Positions 27,350 through 39,387 of a stretch of 64,000 nt of DNA are shown piece after piece. A program made the translations under genes and the position numbers. Positions within the stretch are counted from its first letter, which is position 1, and every line of letters begins with the position of its first letter. The stretch is taken from contig BQFW01000008.1 in NCBI GenBank assembly GCA_020891255.1, positions 496,001 through 560,000 on the forward strand, written 5' to 3'. The DNA comes from Entomortierella parvispora E1425 (lineage: Eukaryota > Fungi > Mortierellomycota). The notes under the pieces were generated by a model. That model was not told the origin of the DNA and did no database searches. It was given only the letters and a program-made list of their open reading frames with translations.

Positions 27350-29580
27350 ATGGCTTCCTCTGAGGACATTCAGACCCTCATCCTCACCACCCTGGACACC
27401 CAGGGTGCCATCGAGAACACTGACTCGCTCAAGGCTGCCAATGGCACCCCCATCCCCTACCTGGCCGTCGTCGGTGTCCTCAACTCGCTTGCCAGCAAGG
27501 AGGTACTTTAGAATACACATCATTCATGCATTGCCATCACCAACCATTCATGACCCTCCATTCTTCACCATATTCATCAACAGGGGACGAACTCTGCGAG
27601 CTGAAAGATAATACTTCCATGTTCTAATTCCCGACTCTTTGTTCTAGATGGTCGCCTACACTACCATTGAGAAGGATCAGTTCAACCTTACCGCAGAGGG
27701 TAACGAAATTGCCGACTCTGGAAGTCACGAAGCCAAGGTCTTCAACGCCGTCGATGCTGTCAACGGAATTGCTATCGCCGAGCTCGCCGTATGTTTTACT
27801 GGATTATGAACTGGATAGCCGATGATGCCTTGAACATTCAACAGGAGATAATTAACTGAAAGTGTGATTGTAGAAACTCCTCGGAGCCTCAGCAAAGATC
27901 GGTCAGGGCAAGGCCTTTAAGAACAAGTGGATCAAGAAGGATGGCGATAAGCTCGTTCGCGAGGTATGCTGGCGGAATTAATTGATTGGTAGCACTCTGT
28001 CGACACAGTAGATATGTCGACAAAACAGACACTCACCTCCATCACACCCATGAAATATCGCATCTAGGTCCAATCAATTGTCGATCAGACACAGTTGGAT
28101 GCCCTTGAGGTGCGCAAGTCTGGAACTCACTCTTCTGCCGCTACATTGAAGGAGCTTCAAGCTCGCAAGCACGTCGAGAAGGTGTATGTGGCCTAGTTTG
28201 ACAAATAACTCTATGAAAAAATGGCTGCTGTAATGAACGTCGACTTATCAGTTCATCCTCTCTCAACTTTTACTTCATAGTAAGCTTATCTCTTACAGCG
28301 TCACCAAGGGACCCAAGTTCTCTTTGACCATTGAGAAGCAGGCCACTGATTTGACTGCCGAGATGTTGGCTGATGGATCGTGGAAGACTCAGACCTTCAA
28401 GAAGTACAACTTTGCTGGAAACCCTCCTGAGGGAGGTCATCTTCACCCCCTCATGAAGGTGCGCGAGGAGTTCCGCAAGATTTTCTTTGAGCTTGGGTAA
28501 GTCGTGTTCTTGTCCTGTTTTTATTTGACCCAAGACGCTGCAGTTTGATGCTGATGCCTTATATATTCAATGATTAGTTTCGAGGAGATGCCCACCAACA
28601 AGTACGTCGAGTCTTCGTTCTGGAACTTCGACGCCCTCTTCCAGCCCCAGCAGCACCCTGCCCGTGATGCTCACGACACTTTCTTCCTTGAAGGTATGAC
28701 CCATTTACCACCACCTTGTCAGGACGACGAGCTTTTTGAGATGATGCTTGTGTTTCTCATCAGTATATACCCCTTCTAGATCCTGCCACTGCCACAAACT
28801 TTCCCGACATGGAGTATGTGAACCGTGTCAAGGAAGTTCACTCTCACGGAGGATATGGATCCATTGGATACGGATACGACTGGAAGATTGAGGAGGCACA
28901 GAAGCTTCTTCTCCGCACCCACACTACCTCTGTCTCCTCCAACATGCTCTACCGCCTTTCCCAGGAGACCAAGGCCAACGGAGGAGTGTTCAAACCCGCC
29001 AAATTCTTCTCGATCGATCGCGTGTACCGTAACGAAACTGTTGATGCCACCCATTTGGCCGAGTTCCACCAGGTCGAGGGAGTCATCGCTGATAAGAACT
29101 TGACTTTGGGTGATTTGATTGGATTCATGGAGATTTTCTTCAAGAAGATGGGCGTGCCCAACATCAAGTTCAAGCCTGCTTTCAACCCTTATACCGAGCC
29201 AAGTATGGAAATTTTCTCTTGGCACCCTGGTCTTGAGAAGTGGGTCGAGCTTGGAAACTCGGGTATGTTCCGTCCTGAGATGTTGGAGACTATGGGCTTG
29301 GACCCCGATGTTCGTGTCATCGCCTGGGGTCTTGGATTAGAGCGTCCTACTATGATCAAGTATGGACTTGACAACATTCGCGAGGTAAATATCATCTCTT
29401 TCACGTCATCTGGTAATGTTTTGGTTGGTAAGCGCCTCGGGTTGCTAATTCGTCTTTCTTGTTTTACAACAGCTTTTGGGACACAAGGTGGATTTGGACA
29501 TGATCCAGTCAAACCCTGCCTGCAGATTGGACAAGAAGATGGGCAAGGAGTTGGTTGGCAAGGATGCCATTGTCGAGTAA
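27350..29580 (+). CDS. FRS2: Cytosolic phenylalanyl-tRNA synthetase alpha subunit
   Basis: About 8 exons. Motifs [88 protein letters not shown]; ends [21 protein letters not shown]. Confidence 0.97.
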
Positions 29581-29704
29581 AGCACCCCAGAGGAAGAGTA
29601 GAAATCAATAAAATATGTATCGACAACAGTATTGTCAGGAGAGGATGAAATGGCAGGACATGTCTAACGAGTAAAGATAGCCACACCGCCGACTGGTTCT
29701 TGAC

Positions 29705-29738
29705 GCTGTGGCCGCAATCGCTGTGGCCGCAATCGCTG
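29705..29738. repeat. 15-bp tandem duplication (GCTGTGGCCGCAATC x2 + GCTG) between FRS2 and PAH1
   Basis: Read directly at 29705-29719 and 29720-29734. Confidence 0.9.
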
Positions 29739-29980
29739 GGTGCGACTGACGCTTTTGTTGTCAAACACAACCAGAGACAAGGGGCTTCAACTTGGCGCAG
29801 GTGCTATTCTGTGATCGAGACACGCGTCGCCTCCGTGCGAGCACAAAATGAGAGGTGACCCGAGATTCCTCTTTTTGTCTTTCTCTCATTCTCCTTCCAT
29901 TGCAATCTCCTCTCCTCACATTCACTGCCTGAGCGCTGCCATCGACTGTTTCAAGGACGCTCCATTCCCGCCAAACAGCA

Positions 29981-32900
29981 ATGCAGTCCGTCGGTAGCTT
30001 CTTCTCCACCGTCTCCAAGCTCTACAGTGAGATTAATCCTGCCACACTCTCTGGAGCCATCGATATCGTCGTTGTCGAGCAATCCAACGGAGACCTTGCG
30101 TGCTCACCCTTTCATGTCCGATTCGGAAAACTAAGTATCCTTCGGCCTCAGGAGAAAGTGGTACGTGCTGTGCGCTCTGCACTAAACTCAAAACCAGATG
30201 CCTCTCTGCACCTCTCTGCATGGCTTTTATGCTCCGATCACGAGAGAAAAAAGAAGCCCATGCAACCCTCTCACAGCGTTTTGGTCCTGATCGTCGAAAC
30301 TATATAGGTTGAGGTCACTGTCAATGGCCGCGTCGTGGACTTCCCTATGAAAGTGGGGGATGCAGGCGAAGCTTTCTTTGTCTTTGAGACGGAACAGGAG
30401 GTGCCAGAGGAGTTTGCGACCTCACCCCTTGCTGGACCGTCGCAAAGCAAATCTTCTGAAGACGAGATTGATTTCCTGGATCTTGCCCAAGAGGGGTCTG
30501 CTCCTCCTGCCGCCAATGCTGCCCTTGATCCACCTTCTCCTCCAGATGAAATGGGCAAGTTGGGAAACAAAAGATTGCCTGACCCGGCTAATATTTATGA
30601 TGTTGACGTGCACAAGAAGAATCATTGCTGCTATGGTTTTTCTTTCTTATTTCTTTTTCTATTCTTGTGCTGACATGTTGCTACCATTCCATTCATTTTC
30701 GACGCACAGATACTGGTTATGTGAGTGCGAATAGCGGTCATGGGACAGAATTTGACGAAGAGGAGCACGAGAACCGATCGCCGCAGCCAAACAGTAAACG
30801 GGATTACTCTGGCAATCTTGGTGGCGAGCTGTTTGATCTCACTGGGCTGCGGCCTCTGCGACCGCGGCACCTGATATTGGAGGGCAGTGCGCACTCCTCC
30901 CGTAGCCGACCCTCGTTTTCCATGTCACTCCCAAGCTCACCCGTGTTAAAGGCACAGGCACAAGACATCATGGACAACTTTCAACCCATCGATTCAGCAG
31001 GACCATTTGAGGAAGAGACCGATTCACAGGGAAATAGGCGCTATCAGCCTTCAATACCAGTTGCTTCAGAAGGAGCTCATACCGAGGAGCTTCAAACACC
31101 TCGAAGAGACCATGTCATCATGGATATGACTGGGTACAAGACGGACGACTCTGTGGAAACAGATCTTGATTCCGATGACCCCTCTGGACCAAGAGACAAC
31201 TCGACAAATCTCAGGACACGTAGAAAGAAGAAGCTCTTGCAAAGATTCTTACCATTCAGTGCGATCCACGATCCTGATCTGACTCTTGGAAATCACGAGA
31301 CCATTGCAGAGACCGACCCAAGGTTGCCAACGAGGCCAATTCAGCACCCAACAGACCGTGCAGTTTCTGGAGCTCCTCTTCGCAAGAGATCATCATCACT
31401 ACCAGGCGTGCTGGGACAGGGTATGTTTGGATTGCAGCCCGATTGTCACTTTGAAGTGCAACCAAAAGAAACTAACATTCTTGTGTTTATTGTCGTCAGA
31501 CGAGCGTGTTGCTCGATCCAAACTGTGGCTTTCCAGATATATACCGCCAAAGGGTGAGACCCCGGATCGGGAATCTCCATTGCCTCAATCTGAGCAGGAT
31601 ACAAGTCGGCCAGGATCTTTGACACCCACAACACCTCCCGACTCGAATGGTCTACACCGTATCCACCAAGGAAAGGACCATACTGACCCTCAGCATGTTC
31701 ACTACAGTCATCATCAGCATCATCACCACCACAAGCATCAGGAGACCGGAGACCCTAGCCACAAACCCCCTCGGCGCCACTCGCACCATAATAAGCCTAA
31801 TCAACATATCCAGACAAAGAAGCCCATAGCGCGACCCAACCCGGCTGTAAATGCGTTGAGTGATACTGAACTTGAGGTATGTACCCATTATCGACGCCAA
31901 ATGTCGCACGCGGCCAGCTACTATTCCCGTTATTCACTAGTTTCTTTGGTTTTTTTATCAGTACCAAACACCAAGGACACATGATACGGAATGGACATGG
32001 GGCTGGGGCAGCCTGCCTGTCAAAAACGACAGTATTGACGATATGGCAGACTCGGATCTGGTCTCATCCCACTCTCGCCATGTTTCTTTGGATATACCCC
32101 CCACACCAAAGCCTGTGCTCAATGAAATGGATATCGACGGCGTGATCACCGAAGTTGCAATTAGCCTATGCCCTGGAGATGACTTTGGGAAGGACTTGGT
32201 ATGTATTATTTACGTGAAGATCCTTTGTTATCAGTAGAAGTCATCCAAGACTTACGCTATTACCTCCATCAACGATCTTTAGGTGGCCAGTGAAGCTCTT
32301 TTCGCTACCAACCAAATTACATTTGAGGACTTCTCAAAAGATCCCATGAAGCTCTTAAACAACAAGAGCTTGGTGTGCTTGATCAACAACAGGTATTGCG
32401 CTCGAGGCAGACATAGAGGAGACTGTTGTGAGAACTAAATATCGCGAATGTACAGGAGGTCGTATTGACCGAGTTGCTTCGCTTTTCTCTGATGCCGACA
32501 TAGATATTTCACGTGGGCTGCTGCAGGGCCATACTTGGCTTCCCTACTCCTCTTCAACAAACCACTATCTGACGCGACATTACACCAGCTCTCAATCAAG
32601 GATTCAAGGCACCTGTCTGAACTGACTGACGATAGATCTCAGGCGCAAGAAGCCCCAACTCGATTTGGCGCATTGTCAAGGTGGCTTCGAGGATCTCAAT
32701 CATCGTCCCATCCCAATACCATGGAGCGCGGTCAACGTACTCAGTCCTCAAGTTCGGTTGAACTGCCTGATACCGCAGACGGTCCCCGATCTGTACGTGC
32801 CTGCTTCATTGATGACAACACAGTACATTGTATTGCTATACTAACATCCAAATACATGGTTATAGGCTAAAGAGTCTGAGGCGTTGGGGTCAAGTCGAAA

Positions 32901-35017
32901 GTCTTTTCACGGTCCAGACAACGAGCCAATGGTGCGCAGCACATCTATGCCAATCGACTCAATGTTGAATACCAACACTACAGCGTCAGAGGAACAGGAG
33001 GCAAAGCCTTCAAAGCAGCAGGCATCCGCGAATCACAAAAGATACGCAAAAACCTTACGATTGACATCCGATCAGCTGGTATGTGCGCGATATCCCAAGC
33101 ATTTCCACGTCTCTGTTCTACTGCGGCTCTGCTGACTAACATATCACGTCCCAATGCATCAGAAATCTCTCAACCTTAAAAAAGGAGCCAATACGCTGTC
33201 ATTCTCTGTTACATCCAGTTATCAGGGCAAAGCTGTTTGCTCCGCAAGGCTCTTTTTATGGGATCACGATTATCAAGTCGTCATTTCTGATATTGACGGT
33301 ACCATTACAAAGTCGGATGCTCTTGGTCACATCTTTACCATGGCAGGAAAAGACTGGACTCACTCTGGCGTTGCCAAGTTGTACACGGACATAACCAACA
33401 ATGGTTACCATATCCTCTATCTGACCTCCCGAGCCATTGGACAGGCAGACTATACTCGAAAGTACTTGAAGAATGTTGAGCAAGACAACTATCAATTGCC
33501 CGATGGTCCTGTCATCATGAGTCCCGATCGGTTGATGACCGCATTCCATAGGTGAGCTGAAGTCATCTATATCGAGTGAAGGTCATTGAAATTGCTCTTT
33601 GCTCCATACTAATCATCGCTTCTCTTTTCATAGAGAGGTAATTATGAGAAAGCCGGAGGAATTCAAGATGGCTTGTCTGCGCGATATTCGAAGACTGTTC
33701 GAAGACCGTAATCCGTTTTATGCAGGATTCGGCAACAGAATCACGGATGCGCTATCCTATAGAAGTGTCAACGTCCCGTCCTCAAGAATCTTTACCATTG
33801 ACTCGGGCGGAGAAGTAAAGCTTGAGTTGTTGAGCACATACAAATCATCGTAAGTCACTCAAAGATCGCAACTGTTATGTACATCAGGCATGACAAATGA
33901 ACAAAAACTGACATGCACTCCACATTGTCGGGATGATGCTAGATACCTTGCCCTCAACGATCTAGTCAACGAGATCTTCCCAGGAACAAAGCAGGTGCCT
34001 GAGTTTAACGACTGGAACTATTGGAAGCAACCCTTGCCAACGCTGGACATCCCTCTACCGTTACCTCCACAGCGTTCTCTACCCCCGCCTATTCCTCTGG
34101 ACCAAGGATCTTCGGCATTGAGTCGACTAGGAGCTATCCGCAATTTTACCAGCTCTTTGACTTCATCGGGGCCATTGAAGAAGCGACCCTCCATTCCGAC
34201 TTTCGGTTCTACACCCTCAACACCGCCCATGTCCCATTCGTCACTGCTATCTACCAGCCCACAATCACACCTGTCATCATCGCCTCCACCTCCACACTCG
34301 GCTCCAGCCGGACTGGCAGACAGGACACGTCGGCTCTCGCTCTCACTGATGAAGTACGGAAGCCACTCTGCATCTTCCTCGGCCTCAGCATTGGCCTTCA
34401 CACCCTTGGACAGAAATAGCGAATCAAAGCCTACGTATGCTGCGGCTGCTGCGGCTGCCCAAGCAACAGTAGCAGCATATTCGTCATCTCCGTCTCAGCA
34501 AGGTTCCCGACTTCGGGGGTTGTCCTTTACCTCTTCACTGGTCCACGTTCCATCTGGCCTAAGGGAAGACCATAGCCGCGATGAAGATCTTCAGCCACAC
34601 CAGACGCACTTGCAACGTGAAGACGGTTCTGATAGTTTTGCACTCGAGATTCCCTTCTCGCCATCTTCTCCACCTTTGTCGATTCTGAAGAAGGCCTCGA
34701 GTTTTTCAGTCTCGCCTCCTCAATTGGCCAACCGATTGACAGACACGGTCATGCCGTTCTTGCGTGGAAGACAGTCTCGGACAGAAACAGAGCGATCCAC
34801 GTCGGCATCGCCTTCTCAAGTGGAGAGGGGCCTGGAAGCGGGCGAGGATGAGATGAAACCTGCGGACGACTATCGAGGAGAGGGTGACTATGAAGACTAT
34901 GCACATGGCGAAGAAGATGAGGACGAGGAAGGAGAGGTGGAAGAGTATGACGAGGAATTGGATCTGGAGGAGGACTTGGATGACGTGGAGCTCAACATTG
35001 ACGCACCATTTTTGTAG
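29981..35017 (+). CDS. PAH1: Lipin / Mg-dependent phosphatidate phosphatase
   Basis: About 11 exons. N-LIP ([25 protein letters not shown]), WGWGSLP, M-LIP (ISLCP; [10 protein letters not shown]), C-LIP with catalytic [19 protein letters not shown] and FYAGFGNR; acidic C-terminal tail. Confidence 0.96.
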
Positions 35018-35327
35018 ACGATCGTGCGTTCCCCTTCTTGATGGATCCGCGTTGAGCTCTAGTCAGGAGTTTTTATCGCCCTTTTTTCCCCCTAGTTTTC
35101 AGTCGATATATACCATTTTGTACCGTCATTTTTGAGAGATGGGTTTATTAAAAGTACAGGGTGGAGGAGAAAGCCGGACCGTCGGGGAGGCTCCTTCAAA
35201 GTGATATCTAATATGACAAAAGGGTGAAGGTTCGGCGCACAAAGGACGCGCATCCGTTTTACAGGACCTTGATCTGATGTGCGAACCAAAATGCTGGATA
35301 TCTTTGTCCCTTGTCCATTTCCCTCTT

Positions 35328-35809
35328 TTACCAACGAGAGAAATCTATCCGTCATGGAGAAGAAAGAGTGCAAGTGAGAGAGCGAGAAAGATGTGGTCAA
35401 TAAGAGAAAAAAGGAAAAGAGGAGGCGCAGCTCCAAACGGGAATGACTGATCGATCTGCCATGATTTTTTTTTTTTTTTTTTTTACCTTCGGTCTTGTAA
35501 CGACCAGTCTTGTCCATGAACTCTTGCTGGGCACAGACGTTGCATCTCCAAGGGAAGAGCTTGGAAGCTTCTCTTTCCATGATCAAGTTTCCGCAGTGGG
35601 CTCGGTCGTGGGGGCAAGAGTTGCACTTTTGGTAATAGACATGAAACTCTTCAAAGTGCTTCTTGTCAACCGAGCACAAGTACTTGTCATGAACACGCCA
35701 GCACCTACAAAATAAAATAAACGGCCAGAGCTGGCATTGGTCAGCTCTCCATCTCTATGGGGTTCGCAGGGTACATGTGAAGGTGCGCAATGGCATTCAA
35801 AAGTTACAT
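35328..35809 (-). CDS. Small Cys/His-rich hypothetical protein (78 aa), start codon split by an intron
   Basis: Exons 35808-35809 (AT), 35487-35704 and 35328-35344 give MCWRVHDKYLCSVDKKHFEEFHVYYQKCNSCPHDRAHCGNLIMEREASKLFPWRCNVCAQQEFMDKTGRYKTEDFSRW*. Both introns are GT-AG, phases match, and the start context is CAAAATG. Confidence 0.65.
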
Positions 35810-35911
35810 TTTGGGAGAGGAGAACAGAGTTGAAGAATTGTAAATGCATGCTTGTTTATCATGAACGCTGGCACGTGACTGCTTCGGACTCTATCGCTCA
35901 AATTGGTGGCG

Positions 35912-37543
35912 CTACGGTGTTGCTTTGATGTTGTAACTGTTCACGAAGGAGACCTGGCCCCCGTTCACGACAGCAAAGAGAACTCTGGGCCATGCATCCA
36001 TGTTTTCCTTTTTGGGTTTTTGTTTAGTTCCCTTGGCCAAGGTATCGTCCTCCTTGTTGGTCTCCAGAACAGGATCATCCTGTCCCTGCAAAAGATCCCT
36101 TAGGTCGAGAAGAGAAGGCAGGGACGAGTCTCCCCTGTTCAAAGGAAATAAAAAAACAATGAGCAAGACCATCCCTATCTCCAACACGACAGGCGGCACT
36201 GGAAGTATTCTTACCTGATGACGATCACACGGTAATCTGGATTGCCTGGCTGCCGCTTCTTAAAAGCTCCTGCTGGTTTGTACACGAGAAAGTCAATGGC
36301 TTGATTTGTTGACTTTGAACTTGATACCTTGGCTTTCGATGCAAGACGAAGATCAGGAATAACTTGCAACTTTGAAAGAATTTGACCTAAAGCAAGGTTT
36401 GAAAAAAAAAGGGTCAATACTCGATCTCCTAAAGGCTAGCCTGCCACTGATTCTCCTTCTTACCAATGGGTATCCGGTCTGTTTGGGCGATAATCGGCCG
36501 GTTGGCTTTCCCCGACCATATGAACCGTTTGATGTGCCACCATCTCTTGATGCCGACGGTGAGGTGACTCCAGCTGTCGGCAAGCAAGGTCCAGAAAGGA
36601 TTCCTGAGACTGACCACACCTTGTTCCTGACTCTGCTTTAGATCCATATTCGTCAATTTATCCACTGGTAGTGTTGTGTCTTTTGTCGCGGTCGTGGAAA
36701 TGGGCTGATCGGCTGACAGAGTTGACTCCTTGCTCTTCTTTGATTTGGCATTTAGACTGGGGTCGACATCATATGTTCCTGGCCGCGTTACGACAAATCC
36801 GAGACGCTTCAGGTATGAATATATGAGATAGCGTTCCATAGACTTGGTTGCATTGCTGGGCTGCGTAAGATCTGATCCAGATTCGATACAATTTCCGATT
36901 TCACTATTAGGATGAAAGAAGGGAGGCGAGAGATAAACACTCCACATCTGCTGAAGCGTTATGGGCGCTCCCTGGTAGTCAATCAAAAGTGAGCCTCGAT
37001 CCATCAAATAGAGCGCCTCCTCTGGGTATAAGTAGATCTGGCCCTTTATCGTATGACCCATGCTGACAAAATGAGTCCCTCTGTTTGCTGTGAGACGAAA
37101 GAGTCCTCTCTCAGGCTCATACACGGCGCGAGAATAAGTTCGTCTAGAGTTGAGTCGAATTAAGAGGCGACAGGAGGTTAGACTTTGGAAGGACCAGGGG
37201 CGTGGCGTTTCAAGGACAAGCGGTTTGTCGATATTCGTACTCTGCAGCGCGTCGCTCTTCTTTCAAGATCTGGAAGTAGGCGTCATATTGTTCATTCAGC
37301 AAAGTCGCCGCAGCGTCACCAACGGCAGCAGTGGATCCTTGCGATGCCTTTGCCTCCTTTGTTGGAAGCGCTTGCTGTCTATTTGATGAGAATATTGTTG
37401 AGTTTTTTTTTTTTGTGGTTCCGAAATAGAAGCGAAGACCGACATGCGTGAGTTTCGACCTACCCTTTTGAATTACCAGAGAGAAGCAATCGGAAGTCGG
37501 GGTACTGGTCATTGTCCTCTGCGGTGGGATCCACGGTCGACAT
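35912..37543 (-). CDS. SEN54: tRNA-splicing endonuclease subunit Sen54, ~430 aa
   Basis: Exons 37464-37543, 37241-37378, 36464-37143, 36215-36386, 35912-36134. Motifs DQYPDFR, GTHFVSMG..LYPEEALYLMDRGSL, YLIYSYLKRLGFVV, DFLVYKP..FKKRQPGNPDYRV, VLFAVVNGGQVSF. Confidence 0.88.
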
Positions 37544-37760
37544 TGTCGGGACGGAAGATGCAAACGAAAAAAGTTACTTGTTTGCCGCCTTGGTCTGTGC
37601 CTCCAACGGTGTCATGATTCGCTTAAGGAGCCCAGGCTTTCGGGACAAGGTTTCCCGTCGTCAAACTTGGGAACTGACTTCATTCATTTGCTTTGCATCT
37701 CCCTCTTTCATTTTCATTCACCAACCTCCTCTTCCAATCCCTCGGCATTCAGTACCTACC

Positions 37761-39204
37761 ATGCCTTCCTCGATTGTTGTTCCCAAGAAACTCACTACTG
37801 TTGAGCAGTACAAGGCCTTTTTGGACCAATACGATACCTTTTTGTTGGACTGCGATGGTAAGGAGATAATCAGAAGGCTTCGTTCTTTCAAACAATTGAC
37901 CCCTGCTGAAGATATAAACGATCGGCTTCTTTTGCACCCTTGGTTCTCTTTAGGTGTTCTCTGGCATGGTAGCCATGTTCTTGAGGGAATCCTGGAAACT
38001 GTTCATTTCCTCCGCAAGAATGGTATTCTATTCGTAGATCATCAAACTATTCTTTCTTTCTTTTTTTTTTTTTTTTTTTTTTTTTTTTGGTCGGTATCCT
38101 CCTTGATAGCCATAGATCCTAATCTCATATCTCTCTCTCAATAGGCAAGAAGCTCGTGTTCGTGACCAACAACAGCACCCTGTCCCGCGCGAACTATGTG
38201 AAAAAGTTCCAAAAGCTGGGAATCGAGGCAACAGAGAAGGACATCTTCAGCTCAGCGTTCGCGACAGCGGTTTATCTTCGTAACATTCTGGATTTCCCCA
38301 AGGACAAGCGTGTCTATGTTATTGGCGAGTCTGGTATTGTGGATGAGCTCAAGGATGTTGGTATTGAGAGTACTGGAGCTTCTGTAAGTCTACTGTGCAT
38401 CTTTGTCTTTCTTTTTCTTCAAGACGAGAGTCCATGCGGAACCATCCCCCACGACTGCGCGATCTACAGTATCCCTTATCTCGTACCTTTGTGGTGAATC
38501 ACGAAAAATTCACTAATCATTTTCTTCTCCGCCCTCTCACATCCACCCATTTCCTCCCTCTCTTCTTTTTTTTTTATCCGTTCCTAGGATGACAACGGAG
38601 TGATCATGACCCACGCTGATTTCGGATCGATTGAACAGGACCCTACCATTGGTGCCGTCGTCTGTGGATTTGACTTGAACTTGAACTACCGCAAATTGGC
38701 AAAGGCCTTCACATACCTCAACAACAAGGAACAGAATGCGCACTTCATTTTGACCAACGACGACACGACGTTCCCTGCCCCCAACGGCATCTACCCCGGA
38801 ACCGGTTCATTGGCTCAACCCTTGATCACGGCCTTGAACAGGAACCCCTTGGTCATGGGCAAGCCTAACAAGCCCATGCTTGATTGCTTCTTTGCAAAGT
38901 ACAGTTTCTTTCTCTTCATTTTTATGTCGTTCTTGTTGGATCTCGTTGAGTGTTGATCATTTCTCTCTAACCATCTTCCTTTGATCTGAAAAAAAATAGC
39001 TACCATACCGATCCCTCAAGGACTTGCATGGTTGGTGACCGCTTGGATACCGATATTGACTTTGGAGTGAATGGCAACATTGCTACCTTGATGGTCTTGA
39101 CTGGAGTTTCAACCGAGGCCGAGGCCATGGATCCCAAACAGCCCATCAAGCCAACTTATATCATGCAGAGCTTTGGCGATTTTGCCAAGGTTGAGAATGC
39201 ATAG
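37761..39204 (+). CDS. PHO13: HAD-IIA phosphatase (4-nitrophenylphosphatase / phosphoglycolate phosphatase)
   Basis: About 5 exons. Motifs FLLDCDGVLW, FVTNNST, GAVVCGFD, FILTNDDT..PGTGS, MGKPN, MVGDRLDTDI.FG. Confidence 0.93.
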
Positions 39205-39387
39205 ACAACCGCTCTACTCATCGCAATGTCATAGACTAGAAAAGAAAGCTGTTTACTATAAACTGTACACTTATGAGATAACCACTAAAGAAAGAAAAAA
39301 AAATCGAGTGGGAATATTGAAATGGTATGCTAAAAAGAGGAGACGGGATATATACGCAAAGAACAGGGTAGAAGCACAATAGGTGCT

